64,000 bases of DNA from Glaucostegus cemiculus (taxonomy: Eukaryota): contig CDPCPM010000103.1 of assembly GCA_976551045.1 (NCBI GenBank), forward strand, positions 3,410,001-3,474,000, written 5' to 3'. The notes under the pieces are model-generated. The model searched no databases and had not been told where the DNA came from. It saw only the letters and a program-made list of their open reading frames with translations. Made by a program: the position numbers and the translations under genes. Below are positions 24,881 through 37,638 of the stretch, in pieces (the stretch's first letter is position 1; each line of letters begins with the position of its first letter).

Positions 24881-26649
24881 CTCAACTCCTAAATATCTTG
24901 TATGAGTTCTATTCAATAGTTATGTGGCTTTATGAGGTGGCACATGGATTGCTTTAAGTAATGTATCATATCAAATACCATTGAAAACAATAAAACAGAA
25001 TAAACTGGTTTTGCTTTCATAACTATCTAACCATGTGTCTCATGTAATTACTTCTTGTGAATCAAAATTGATGTTTGATTCAGTTTGGCAAAAAAACGGG
25101 TTAAAACAAACAATCTTATTCTTCCATCGGGATGTCTCCATCAATGACAACTACAAAACTAAATCATCAGAAATTCAGGTGCATCATGCATTCATTTGAA
25201 TTGTACTGCATTAACAAAAATGAATAGTGCAGCGCTGTTCAAAACAGCATTATCTCACTGTTTCCAGAACAACATTAATTTATCTAATTTGCTATTCTAT
25301 AGAATATTGTTGTGGCAATTTGCCTGCCATGATTTCTTTCAACACAAAACTCCCACAGTTATCTTTAACCAAAGTAGCAACAACTCTGATGGGACTGAAC
25401 AGGAAATAGCACTTAAGGATGGGACTGTACGGATATTCCTTGGATTAACAGTGGCAATGACGCAAAGTGTGGACAAAGCGACACTGAAGTTGGAGAAAGG
25501 ATATCAGGTTAACTAGACTGAAGGAAAAGAGGCACCCTGGCTTGAAATGATGAGGGAGTGGGATTGCGCTTTTATTATCCTGTAGGTTTGGAAGTAATAG
25601 TATCATTGTATAAAGTTCGAGAGATGGAATGAACCAGCCTAGATGGTGCTGAATGACTTTGGCAAGTGGGGTGCTAAGAAGGATTAAGTGTGTGACAGTG
25701 ATTATTCTGAATATAGTTTCATTGGGCTGTATAAATTCAAATGTCATTTTCTATTCCCTACTTTTAAACATTTTCCAGATGCCAAGAAAGTTCTCAAAAT
25801 GTTGGACAGCACCACTGAGACCTTGAGGAACAGAGTTACCAGTTCTGTGCTTTCAACTTTTGGATATAATCTTCATGATTATTTAAGTATGAATGTTTCA
25901 AGGAAAGTTACATTTTTGATCGCCAGCTTTTGCTAGCTTTCCAGACTGGCTTATTTATTGCAATAGTAAATAAATAACCAATTTCATTAATATGTGATAA
26001 TTTATTTTACGACCAACATCAAGAAAATCAGAAACAGGCACTTTCTGTTTGCAGGAAGTAATTGAACACGATTGTGTCCTCTTTATCAGCCACATGCTTT
26101 AATATGAACTAATACACCTCTCAGCCAAAAAACAAATAGCTGGAGGAACTCAGTGGGTCTGGCAGCATCTGTGGGGAGAAAGGAACTGGTGACATTTCTG
26201 GTCAAGACCCTCCACATCTATCAAAATGCTCTAGGGGCAAGAGATGGGTACTGAGGTCAACTTCACAATCATAGTCGAGATCATTGAAGACATTACAAAG
26301 CTCATCTACCAGCAATGAGACTATCACTCTGACATGGCTCCATGCTATGAATTCCCATTGCCTATCTAACAAAAGTCACTTCCAATCACAGCTGAAGAGA
26401 AGCAAACATTACCAGTTCACATATCTTATGCACACAGTCACCCTATTTAATCATATCAGGTTGCTGAGAATTCACAATGAGATGCTTCTGGCAATGGCAG
26501 ACCTGCCTGAAGGTGTTTGTCTGTGAAATGTCAAGCAGCATCTGAGAATCCATTCTTTGGCTTTACATGGAGCCATGTAACAGTATCATGATAGTCCAGC
26601 AAACCATTTTCCAACTGGTTACTAGGATTGCTGAGAAGGCACAGTCGAG

Positions 26650-26850
26650 CATGGCAGCTGTAGGGGCAGAGTCATTGGATATATTTAAATCCTGGAAAGA
26701 TCGATTTCTAAGGAAAGCAAAGATTATGGAGCAGAAAAAAGGAAGTGGGAATGAAGAATGTGAGACCAGCCATAACCCTATTGAATGACAGAATAGTCTT
26801 GAGGAGCTGAATGGCCTACTCCTTTTCCTACTTGTTATGGTTGTATGGTC
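26650..26850 (+). mobile_element. CR1 3' UTR fragment
   Basis: ggctgtaggggcagagtcattggatatatttaa...gagctgaatggcctactcct...ttatggt. Confidence 0.7.
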
Positions 26851-27579
26851 TTATACTAAACAGATTATATAGACTTCAGCATGTGAAGATGAAACAATAG
26901 GCCCTTTCCAGAGGGTACTACTGTTCATTCCAGAGTATTCTAGACATCATATCTGCTATTTAAAAGTATCAATTTTTATTTTACAGTGGTGTTCCTCCAG
27001 CTTTCAATCATACTGCAAACCCAGTAGAACATAAACAAATCTTGCATTTGCAGGAAAGAAAAGGCACTGTTCACCTGTTTTACAAATTTTTAAAAAACCA
27101 TGTAGGACAGTCCCACAAATGAGGTAATCTTCTGCTCTACCCCCAACAAGTGTCCAAGTAATTGATGATCCCTTTAGAAACAGGAGAAGGGAATTCTTCC
27201 TGTTATTAAATTGGTTCTCTCTTACTTGGTTCACATTGTGCTTTAGCTAGATGGTCACAGCCAAATTTATCATGGCAAGCATCAAATCAGTAATACATGA
27301 GGTTTGACCACAAACTGTCTTCTCTGCATATTTCCAGTATGCATGGTATTGCACAATTCAATTTGACAAGTAGTGCATAGCATTGTACAAATGCACAATT
27401 GTGATTTAACTCCAAACACCATGACTTGCTACTTGCTCCAGAATCAAGGCCAATATTTCTATTCTCAAGATGGCCATAAACAGAATACTAGAAACACTGA
27501 AGGGCTATCCTGTTGGATTTATGAAATAATCAGTAGACATTAATGTTATCTGCATTACTTACGTTATTTTTCTTTGTCT

Positions 27580-28330
27580 TAGGCAGTACTTAGGGTTAAG
27601 GCCTTACTTCCCCTCCAATTTTGAGGGTTCTGAGGTGACAGTTGAGGCTCATGAGGAATTCAGAGATTCTGCAAGAGATGGGGCAGGAGGTGCTTGATAG
27701 GGTGGGCTGTCTGGGAGACTATGAAGATCCTGGTACAGTTGGTCCTTGTCTTCAAAACACAAGGAGGCTAGAGACCACCATCATATTACTGCATAATTTG
27801 AAGTCTTGATCTTCAAATGCTCTTTTCTTCAAACAGGTGCACCAGAGATGGTAGTGAATTTTGTCACACTTATCAGTTCTTGCTGACAGATAGTTCCAGA
27901 GATATGGAAAAAGATCCATGTTTTCCAGGATCATTACTGCCAGAAGGCAGTTTTATACAGTAGGGGCATTGTTAGAAGATGATTGCCTTAAAAACATTTA
28001 ATATAAGGTCCATTCTCTCATACAGCTCAGGGAATGATGACCTGGAGTTTGGCTTCCAATTGTGTCTGAATATTGCAGTTCAATGACTCATCCTGGTTTT
28101 GGCACGGAGGCAGCAAACGTCAGGAAATTTCTGTAGAACAGCTCCACAGGGAGCCTATTGGAAGTGAGCTGCAACACCACAGTGAGGATGATTGAGAAGA
28201 GAGTTGCAGTGATGGCACAGACTTGTTTGACTCTGTTCTGCACTGGGATTGTGTATGCTGGTTAGAATCAAGGCTTATTTGTCATCTTGTTCCAGATGTA
28301 CAATGGAAACAAAACTTCTGAGAGCAGTTA
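27580..28330 (-). mobile_element. RTE (BovB-like) LINE remnant
   Basis: Minus ORF includes LKKRAFEDQDFKLCSNMMV, resembling the RTE RT motif LRKRVFEDRDL...K.MVY. Confidence 0.55.
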
Positions 28331-28629
28331 AATTTCAGGAGGATTCTCCACAATCCCTCTTGGCATTGGAGTCAAAAGTTTTTTTGAGAAGCTTTCTTTA
28401 CAAACAATAATACAATTGCTACTACCACATAAAATCTGTCATTTCACTTTAACCCTACCCTACATTTCTCAAAAACAAGAACAAAGGATTTTTTTCTTGA
28501 AAACTAGCATTGACCTAGAATTCCTTGGGGGCTTTCCTGAACTCCTGTCACAGATGAAAAATTGCACAGATCCAATTGTGGCAGGCTTCTAACATTCCCA
28601 GCATTTTCCAGGCTTTTTGGCAAAGGTTG

Positions 28630-28990
28630 GAATCACAGCCTGTCCTCATAAGACAAATGTAGTCGGAGCTGCAATTTCTTAGGCAGAAATCCTGTTCTCT
28701 CGATGGGGCCTAATGTACTACTTAAGACTGGTGCACTAAATAACATGAAATGCAAAATCCAAAGTTGGCGATAAGTGCACAGCATCAGAGAATCCAGGAC
28801 TGCAGGAGGGTAAAAGGGAGCGAGGTTGGGTTTGAGGACCTGGCCACCTCTCTGCAAATGGTTTTGATGTATACCTTTCAGCTGCAGTGGATAGGTTGGT
28901 GCAGGATATGCAACAGCAACAGCACCAGCACCTACTCCATGCAAAGTACTCATCTCAAATAAATCCTGCAAATCTGGCTAAATCAATATC
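28630..28990 (-). mobile_element. RTE LINE RT C-terminal remnant
   Basis: Decayed reverse-strand sequence resembling the ...W.D...N..VL....L.S....L....RW.GHV region of RTE elements. Confidence 0.45.
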
Positions 28991-31900
28991 CAAAAGCACC
29001 AGTGAATGTAACTGCTGTGGTCAGAGCTGGTGGATTTTCAGGGCAATCATATTCAATTTTCAAATGTGATAGGTTTGCTTTTTTTTAATATCTGATAGAG
29101 GATAAATTGAAGAAATGAAGTTTTCTTTTGAAGAAGATCCATTTCCTTGAAAGATGTAATCATGAAGAATGTTGTTATTGTTATTAAATATGTTGAATCA
29201 GGATAATTTATATAACCACATAGCCCACTGGAGTTTGTGTGGTGCAAAGAGCCATTTTTTTTTGTCTGTCTGCATTTTAACTCCTCCTCTTCTATCCTGC
29301 TGACATTGGTCATCTACCAATATACACTTCCATGGCCTCCATGCCCAATGGTCACAAATCATAAACAAGCTTCAGTAGTGAGTGTTTTTAAGCAATGTTA
29401 CTTTGGGAGTATCACAGTTAATGCTCTCACTGTACAGTGGCTCATTCTCATGGGCAGTTATTGCAAAGCTTGTGGGTAGTGATCTGCAGTAGGAACTCTA
29501 GCTAATTTCCTGGTTACTAAGTCAGAAACAACATTGCTCGACCACTGCTCCACTCGATATCAAATAACACATCACAGTCTTTCCTGATTTTTCAGTTTCA
29601 CATTATATGGATAAACTTTCTCTGCAACAGCAGGATAACCACAAGCTAATCCTCAACCTCCAAGTCATTTATAAACTGTATTACTGACAGTTCCTATATG
29701 GTTCATTTGAAGATTTATTCAATATTCCTTATTTACCAAAGTTTTACTTGACTGTTCCCCTTCCAGTCCCATCCACATTTAAAATATTTTAGACAAGTTC
29801 TACAATTTATCTATACTGTTGAAAATATATTCTTCCTGAATATCTTGCTTGAGGTCTTTCTTATAAAGTGAGAAATAAAGCAACCACAAATTCATATTAA
29901 AATTATAAAATACCAGAAAATGAAATGCTAAAATTAAGCTCCTGTCCACAGTCGCCACCTTGCAGATGGAAGTAGGATGTTAGCTCATACACTTTGGCAT
30001 TATTCCAGATTTAACTAAAAAGGAAAGGAAAATGGAAATGACCTCCATTTGTAGAAAAGAGGTGTACTTCAGCTAATTCACTTGAAATTTTATGAAATAC
30101 AATTAAATGTAGTGTGGCTGGCTGTAAAATATCATCTGCACATGTAAGGGTGGTAATTGAGACAGTTTCCATAGGAAGGTAGAAATAAAATGAGGCAGAA
30201 GAGAAGGAGAGTTAAGGAGTGGGCGGGTGCTAGTTTTGATAATAAAAGGGAAGAAACTTCAATGTAAAAAAAGGTAAGAATTTGAAGAAAATGTATGATC
30301 CAAATTCAAATTAATACATGAAATGTCATTTGTAGCTTTGATATGCTGGTTGGAAACTGATTTCTTCATTTTTCTTTCATTTACATTTGAGATCAAATTT
30401 CTCATACTTTTACTCAAGCTTTCACTGAGGTGTGGGGTGTACATTGGATTGACACCCAAATGTTAATAAGGAGGGGCTCTGCACACTGTGATGAAGTAAT
30501 AATTGGGACTGCTAATTGAACTCACTATGCACTTAATTCTGGCAGACTTGTAATTATCACCATGCAGCTGCATGGCAGAGCCCTTTGGAAGCTCTTACAG
30601 GCTGTCATGTTGAAACATATACCTAATGAGTTAAATCTTTGATAACCGTTTTTTTAAGAAAAGGCATATCATCACAAGTTACAAAGAAACTAATGAGTCA
30701 TCATACTAATAGCTGTGTGCACTATTTTTTCAATTAACAACACATTTCAAAGCACAATAGCATGATTCCACAATCAGAGCATGATCAAACCTAAAAGCAA
30801 ACCCTCCAGTTGTTAATTACACCTATCCCAAATACAGGAAACCAGTCTGGCCAACACCCCATTTTTTGCTATGCAGTGGTTGTGATTAATTCACTGCAGA
30901 TGAGAGACCACCCCAAGGGCTAACTGGAACAAGGCCAAGAGAAAAGGAAAAATAGATTTCTACTGTATTTAAAGCCAGCACATTGGCATTTGGGAGAACA
31001 TGTTATTCTGTTAAAAAGGGGCATAGCACCACATTTTTATTTTTATATATATATATAAAAATCAGTCAAAAATAATTTCTGAAATATACTTTATGGACTG
31101 AAGCTGGAGTACAACCCATACATTAAAAAAATGTTCCTTGTTTGAATTTGGTTTAGAACAGAATCATTTCAAAAGAGAAAATTGTAAAGCATAAGTCAAT
31201 ATCAAAATAGTCAGAATGAAACCAGAATTTGCTGCTTTACAGTAGAACATTTTGTTCTCTTTACCAGAGTAAAACGAATCATTTTATATTCTTAATTAAC
31301 CATTCACTTCCCCTCATTTCAATTTATGGAAATTTTAAACGTGTGTTATTTAAGTTCCTTTTGGAGACAGTGAAACAAAAATTTTTGTTGGCTTCTAATG
31401 AAGGATTGCTTTAGTGTTCCCTTAATTTACATGTTGGTATTGTTGCTTCTGACAAAATAATAGAATAATGGATGTCAAGCTCAATTATAAGGAAGTATTT
31501 TCATTAAGCTATCAGGATGACATCATAGGCTGTCACAGGACAGCTCAAGCAATTTTCAGCTCAGCCACACCCCAAAATAAAATCACTGTACTGAAGTTGC
31601 TCCCAGGAATCCTTAGAAAATAAATTCCTTAGAAAATAAATTCTTCATTAAATTCTTCCAACTGTTGTCTTGTAGTTAGGTACAAGAAAATGAAAATAGA
31701 CTTAACTATAAGTGAATTTATATTCAATATGGTTTCTGTATCAGATGAAATCACACCCAATTTTCTGAACTAAGCTGTTAACAAACTCTTTTTGGTGTCC
31801 AAAACCAGCCAAGGTCCTGTTTGGAGACACAAGAGGCTGCAAACGTTTGAATCTGGAGCAAAAACAGCTTGAGGAACTCAACAGGTCAGGCAGCATCCGA

Positions 31901-32251
31901 GGAGGGAAAGGAATGGTCGATGTTCTTCATCAAGACCCTGCATCAGGACTGGGAGCATTGAGGGAAGTCAGCCAGAATAAATGAGAAAGGGCAGTATAAA
32001 CCACACGAGGTGCAACACTTGTTCCTACACCTCCTCCCTGGCCACCATCCAGGAACCTAAACAGGTCTTCCAGGTGAGGCAAAGATTCACACACACCTCC
32101 TGCAATCTTGTCCACTGCACTTGGTGGCCTCCTCTACATCAGCGAGACCAAGCACAGACTAGGTGACTGGTTTGCAGATAACCTACACTCTGTTCGCAAC
32201 AATCATCACGAGTTCCCAGATGCAAGCTGTTCCAACTCCCACATTGACCTG

Positions 32252-32407
32252 GTGAAGTTCAAGAGATTGTTACATAAGCATATGGAGGAATTTAAGATAG
32301 TGGTATATGTGGGAGGAACAGGTTAGATAGTCTTAGGTGTGGTTGGAGGTCAGCACAACATGGTGGGCCGAAGGGTCTGTATTGTGCTGTATTGTTCTAT
32401 AGTTCTA
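32252..32407 (+). mobile_element. CR1 3' end nested in Penelope
   Basis: CR1 tail gggccgaagggtctgtattgtgctgtattgttctatagttcta; TSD TGACCTG at 32245-32251 and 32408-32414. Confidence 0.85.
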
Positions 32408-32751
32408 TGACCTGCCCATCCTTGGCCTTTTCCACTGACAGGGGGAGAACATATGCAAACTTGGAGAACAACACCTTATTTTCTGCCTGTGTGGTCTACA
32501 ACCCCATGGAATGAACATTGAATTTTCCAATTTCAAGTAACTCACACCCTCTGTGGTACCACCCACCTTCTCTCTTTCCAATTAACTTAGGACCTCTCAC
32601 CTTCTTTTTTCCATACCCCCCTCTATACCCCACTCCATGGACCTATCTCCCACTCCCCCATCATCCAGCTTTGTCCCCCTCCCCCATCCGGTTCCATCAA
32701 ACTATCACCCACACAGCTTTCCATGAGGGTCTCCTAACCTTTCCCCCATCC

Positions 32752-33159
32752 TGTCACAATGTTGATTGAAGAGCAAGATCACAGAGAACCCAAATGCAGC
32801 ACACTGGCACAAGACTGGAGTCAGGATACTTCCTCAGGACCGGACACAGGCAACACTGGAAGGAAATCATGCCTCGGAGATCCGAGTAGTAATCCCAACA
32901 CAAACTGAATCCTTAAGCAGGAATAGAGAACACAGGACTGCTCTGGAGTGGCCCACTCTAAGCAGCTAGGAGCCGACATATACCTGAAGTTTGGCCAATA
33001 CTCTGGCAACTAGTGCTATAGAAACCCAGGTACTTATGCTAGGCCCCTGATGGGGCTCAGGTGTGTGTCATTATGCAATCAGTCCAGCATGGAATCCATG
33101 TGCTGTACAACAAGGCATCCAAGGAGCCAAATCAAGGGCCAGTACTCAGAATCATGACA
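32752..33159. mobile_element. Solo LTR (408 bp, Gypsy-like)
   Basis: Termini TGTCA...TGACA with an exact 5-bp TSD CATCC (32747-32751, 33160-33164). It interrupts otherwise continuous pyrimidine-rich Penelope sequence. Confidence 0.8.
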
Positions 33160-33827
33160 CATCCAGTTCCAGCTGCCCATCAGCTCTCTCTTATCTGGTT
33201 CCTCATCACTTTCCTTACTTATCAGAGTCCAGCAATTGCACCTATTGGTCTCCACTTTTTACCCTCTGACCTCAATCTCTACCTTGACCCTCCCACCCTC
33301 TGTATCTGGCTCCTTCTGTCCTTTTTTGACTTCCTATTCTCCTTCTACCTATCATTTCCGCCCCCCCCCCCCGTCTCCCAACTCCAACATTTCTTTCTCC
33401 CATGGCTCCATCTGCCTATAATCCCTCACTCCACCTGGGCCCATCTGTCATACACTGAGCCCTGCCTCACTCCTCCCCCACTCCCCTTTATTCTGGATAT
33501 CTTCCCTCTATGCTCTCAGTCCTGATGCAGGGTCTTGATCCAAAATGTCAACCATTCCTTTCCCTCCACCAATGCTGCCTGACCCTCTGAGTTCCTCCTG
33601 AGTCTGTTTTTGGCTGAAGGTCCTATTTGGTTGGGAAGTTTCCAAAGCTGGCCTTCTCTGCGACCATAACAATTGCCATCTTTCACATTTAATTCTGGGA
33701 TTTGGGAGCCACCAGAAAAGCCAAACTTGAAGTGGCATTTTTTGCTCTTCATCTTAAATGGAAGAAATCTTTGAAATATTTTGTCAAAGGCTTGACAATT
33801 TGTTGCAGTTGACATTATAGTAGGCAT

Positions 33828-33975
33828 ATAGAATCATAGAGTTGCACAGCACAGATAAGAACCCTTTGGCCCATTTTTGTCCACGCTGACCGAAATGTAT
33901 ATTCAAGGTAATCCCACTTCCCAGCAGTCAGCCCATATCCCTCTAAACTCTTGTCATCCATATACCTGTCCACAT
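33828..33975 (-). mobile_element. CR1 3' UTR fragment
   Basis: tagaatcatagagttgcacagcacaga...ccctttggccca...cccatatccctctaaac. Confidence 0.75.
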
Positions 33976-34129
33976 ATGTAACAGGTCAGTGGTGGAGGGA
34001 ATGGATGTTAATGGTGATAAACAGGCTGGCAATCCTAAATTGCATCAAATATCCAGAGTTCTGGAACTGCACACATCCAAATAACTGCAGAATATTCTAT
34101 CACACTCCAGTTATGTGCATCATGGTTCA

Positions 34130-34975
34130 TGGATAAGTCTTTGAGCATTTCATGAGTTGAGTCACTCACCCCAAAACACCTACTTGCTCTTGTGGCCAAA
34201 GTAATATGTGATTGGCCTATGTAAGTTTCTGGTCAATCCTGTCTCTAATATGAAGGCATGGGATTCAACGATGGTAACGGTATGGAATAATAAGCATAGG
34301 TAGTTAGATTCGCTCATGTTGAATTTGGATACTGTTTGGCACTTATATGCCACTAATCTGTCCAAGCCTGAATATAGTTCATTCTAGTTAATGGAACTAA
34401 AGAGTGCAATTCTCAGTGAAAGTCTGTAGTTTTGGCCTTATGATAACAGTGGGTGATAACAGTGATGCTATGGAGTAAAGATGATTGACTGTCAACTACA
34501 AGAACAATTTTTTCCAGCTAAGTATTAATCCCATCCATAGAGATTTTTCCACAATTCCTGTCAATTTCAATTTCACTAGTATATCTTGATGTCATTCTTG
34601 GCCAAACATTGCCTTAATATCAAGGTCAATCATTCTCACCTCATCTCTAGAATTCAGTTCAATTCTTTTATCCATCTTGTCACAAGGCCACAATGAGCAA
34701 AGGTTCAATGAGCATGTTTAGATGAATGAGTGCTACTTAACAGCAGAGTTTCCATCAGTCTGCTGATGATCAAGAGTAGGGCAAGGGGGTGTTAATTGCC
34801 AGATTGGATTTGTTCTGAATTTTGTCAGTTAAATCATATTGTCGCAGTGGCATTGGAATAGTTTGACAGGACGGGCAATTAGTTTTTGAGTAGATGGCTT
34901 CAGCACTATAGCTGAGGTGCTGTTGGGCCTTATAACTTCAGTTTCATCCTTGCTCAACTGTCAAATGATATCATT
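34130..34975 (-). mobile_element. Old non-LTR retrotransposon fragment (family also at about 2560, 43560, 45640, 49170, 63720; clade uncertain)
   Basis: Shared reverse-strand motifs (tttctggtcaa, ttgcctgaca/tttggcact..tgtgg, ccaagcctgaat) across the listed loci. Confidence 0.55.
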
Positions 34976-34989
34976 TGGCAGATCAAGAA

Positions 34990-35360
34990 TAGAGTTCCCC
35001 TAGTCCTCACCTTCCACTCACAAGCCTCCACATTCTACAGATTATTTTCTGTGATTTCCGCCACCTTCACAGAGATTCCAATTCTAGACAAATCTTCCCC
35101 TCTTTTCCCCCTTTTAGCATTTTGCAGGGACCATTCCCTTCGTGAACCCTAGTCCACTCGTTCTTACTTTCTCTTGCAAACACAGGTGGTGCAACACTTG
35201 TCCATACTCAGCTCTTTCCTTCCTACCATTCTGGGATGCAAACAGTCTTTCCAGGTGAAGCAATGCTTCACTTGAACTTCTTCCAATCTACTGTATTGCA
35301 TCTGGTGTTCACAATGGAGGGTCCTCAGTGTTGGAAAAACCAAGTGTAGATCAGGTGCTT
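34990..35360 (+). mobile_element. Penelope body fragment
   Basis: gatagagttcccctagtcctcaccttccac (RVPLVLTFH-like) and gtgcaacacttg...cagtctttccaggtgaagcaatgcttcac. Confidence 0.8.
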
Positions 35361-36424
35361 TAGTTCCACAGGGGTGACCATTTTGCAACCCCTTCATTCT
35401 TTTGTCTTTGTTCTCACTCACTAGATAAACTTGTTTATATCTTATTGCCATGGTCACCCTGCTTTTACACTAGCTGAGGCATCCCCCTCTCCCACCTTCC
35501 CAAACACTGGACACTGAGGGACTGGGTCCTGTGTAACAGCCAGTCAGACACTGAGTGGCATTGATGTCTTGTACATAAAATCTATTAACTTGATGACATG
35601 ACAATTGTATAGACCTTACAACACTATTAATGTATAGACTGGATGACACTATAAATGTAAGGAAAGCATATATATTTTTATGAATAATCTTTGAAATTTA
35701 AAAAAATACATAAAATATTCCAGATTAAGATTGATGTACTTATTTTTAGGGCAGATGGAAGCTTTCTCCTCAAACTAAGTCAGTTAGATCAAATTCATTG
35801 CTATGATTTCACCAAGTTACTGATTTGATAGACTGCACAGTCTTTTCTCATTCTATATTTCTGGAGTTCTAATAAGACAAAAAAACAAGGCAGTATAGAA
35901 CTTTGTCTTAATAATGCAGACAAAACCTGTAACCAAAATTTTTCTGATATTTAGATAATGCCAAAAATGTCTTTCAATCAGTAAATCAGAGGCATATTCA
36001 TCAGTTTATTCCAATGCTGAACAAAATAAACATCAACAAAAATAACTCATAAAGGTTTACTAATAATGTTGTCATAAAGGAAGGACAGCTTGACCTAGAA
36101 ATTATAAAGCACATGCATGTTAAAGAGGTAGTATGTGGCAAAGCCTGAGCAGATTTAGTGTAAAGCACACAAGCCAAAGGTATTGCCTGCAGCAAAAACA
36201 GGCTTACCTTCGTGATATCTTGCTATTGTGGAGGTCATGGGGCAAGAGAACTGGCAGTAGATTTGGTAGGGGAAAGAGCTGGGAACCAGGGAGACAAGGA
36301 TCAACACGAGTTAGGGTTGGGTTATGTGATGGGAAGAACCATAAGAGAGTAAGGGGAAGAGGATCACAGGAAAAGGACTCCCACTACTCCATGGAAATAA
36401 TCAGAAGTGCTTAACTGAGGTCAT

Positions 36425-37041
36425 AGTATTGAGTATAGGAGTTGGAATGTTTTGGTGAGGTTGTATAAGTCATTGGTGAGACCAAATTTGGAATTTTGTG
36501 TGCAGTTCTGGTCGCTGAACTACAGAAAGGATGTCAGTAAGATTGAACGAGTGCAGAGAAGATTTACTAGAATGTTGCCGGGTCTTCAGGAGTTGAGTTA
36601 CAGGGAAAGGTTGAGCATGTTAGGACTTTATTCCTTGGAGCAGAGAAGAATGAGGGGAGATATGATAGAGGTTTACAAAATGACGAGGGGCATAGACAGA
36701 GTTAATACAAGTGGCTCTTTCCGCCTAGATTAGGAGAGATAAGTACGAGAGGACATGGCTTTAGGGTGAAAGGGGAAAGGTTTAGGTGGAATGTTAGGGG
36801 GAAACTTCTTCACTCAAAGCATGGTGGGAGTGTGGAACGGGCTGCCATCTGATGTAGTAAATGCAAGCTCACTCTTAACTTTTAAGAGTAAATTGGATAG
36901 CTACATGGATGAGAGAGGTCTGGAGGGTTATGGGCTGGGTGCAGGTAAATGGGACTAGCAGAATAATGTTTTGGCACAGACTAGAAGGTCCAAATGGCCT
37001 GTTTTCTGTGCTGTAGTTTTCTATGGTTCTATGGTTTCTAT
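36425..37041 (+). mobile_element. Young 5'-truncated CR1 LINE with TSD
   Basis: ORF LYKSLVRPNLEFCVQFWS.NYRKDVSKIERVQRRFTRMLPGL; (ttctatgg)n tail; TSD GGTCAT at 36419-36424 and 37042-37047. Confidence 0.95.
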
Positions 37042-37393
37042 GGTCATTTGGGGAGATGATTAAAAGAACACTTGCAACAAGGGAGGAGTTGTGATGGGAG
37101 CAATCAGTTGGAGATAAAACTTGAAGGATCACCTACCAGTAAACTGATCAGAATCCGTGCCAGTGGACCAGGTAAGGTCCTTTAAATAACACTGAACCAA
37201 GCTTCAGCAGTTCCACTGATGGGTGCTTCATTATTCACGTTACAAAAAGTGATATCAAAACAAATGTTGCACAATGTCAAAATAAGCAACGCATGTTATG
37301 ACTACACATTCATACAAACCTCACTCATTCATGGAAAAGCTGAATCTAATTTCAAGAAATATGCTACCAAAACACAAAGTGTACCATTATATA

Positions 37394-37638
37394 TTTTTTT
37401 AATTTTACTTACAGCGTGGTAACAGGCCATTCCATCCCAACAAGTCTGTGCCGCCCATTTTAAACCCAGATTAACCTACCCGTATGTCTCTTAAATGTGG
37501 GAGGAAACTGGAGCACCCGGAGGAAACCCACGCAGACATGGGAGAATGTACAAACTCCTTACAGACAATGACGGGAATTGAACCCGGGTAGCTGGCACTG
37601 TAATAGCGTCGTGCTAACCACTACGCTACCGTGCCGCC
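37394..37638 (-). mobile_element. tRNA-derived V-SINE (HE1-like)
   Basis: Reverse complement of the 5232/44549 family (ggaaactggagcacccggaggaaacccacgcagac; gctaaccactacgctaccgtgcc). Confidence 0.9.

Larger units (their letters stand above)
31830..33615 (+). mobile_element. Penelope element with inverted terminal repeats and two nested insertions
   Basis: GIY-YIG pieces RCNTCSYTSSLATIQEPKQVFQVRQRFT and LYISETKHRLGD.FAD.L.SVR. About 31860-31965 is the reverse complement of about 33500-33610. Confidence 0.88.

Noticed and set aside
36208-36414. Minus-strand exon ending at a strong AAG|gtaagc donor
   Set aside because: The nearest acceptor is weak and abuts a CR1 insertion, and there is no TALPID3-like peptide.
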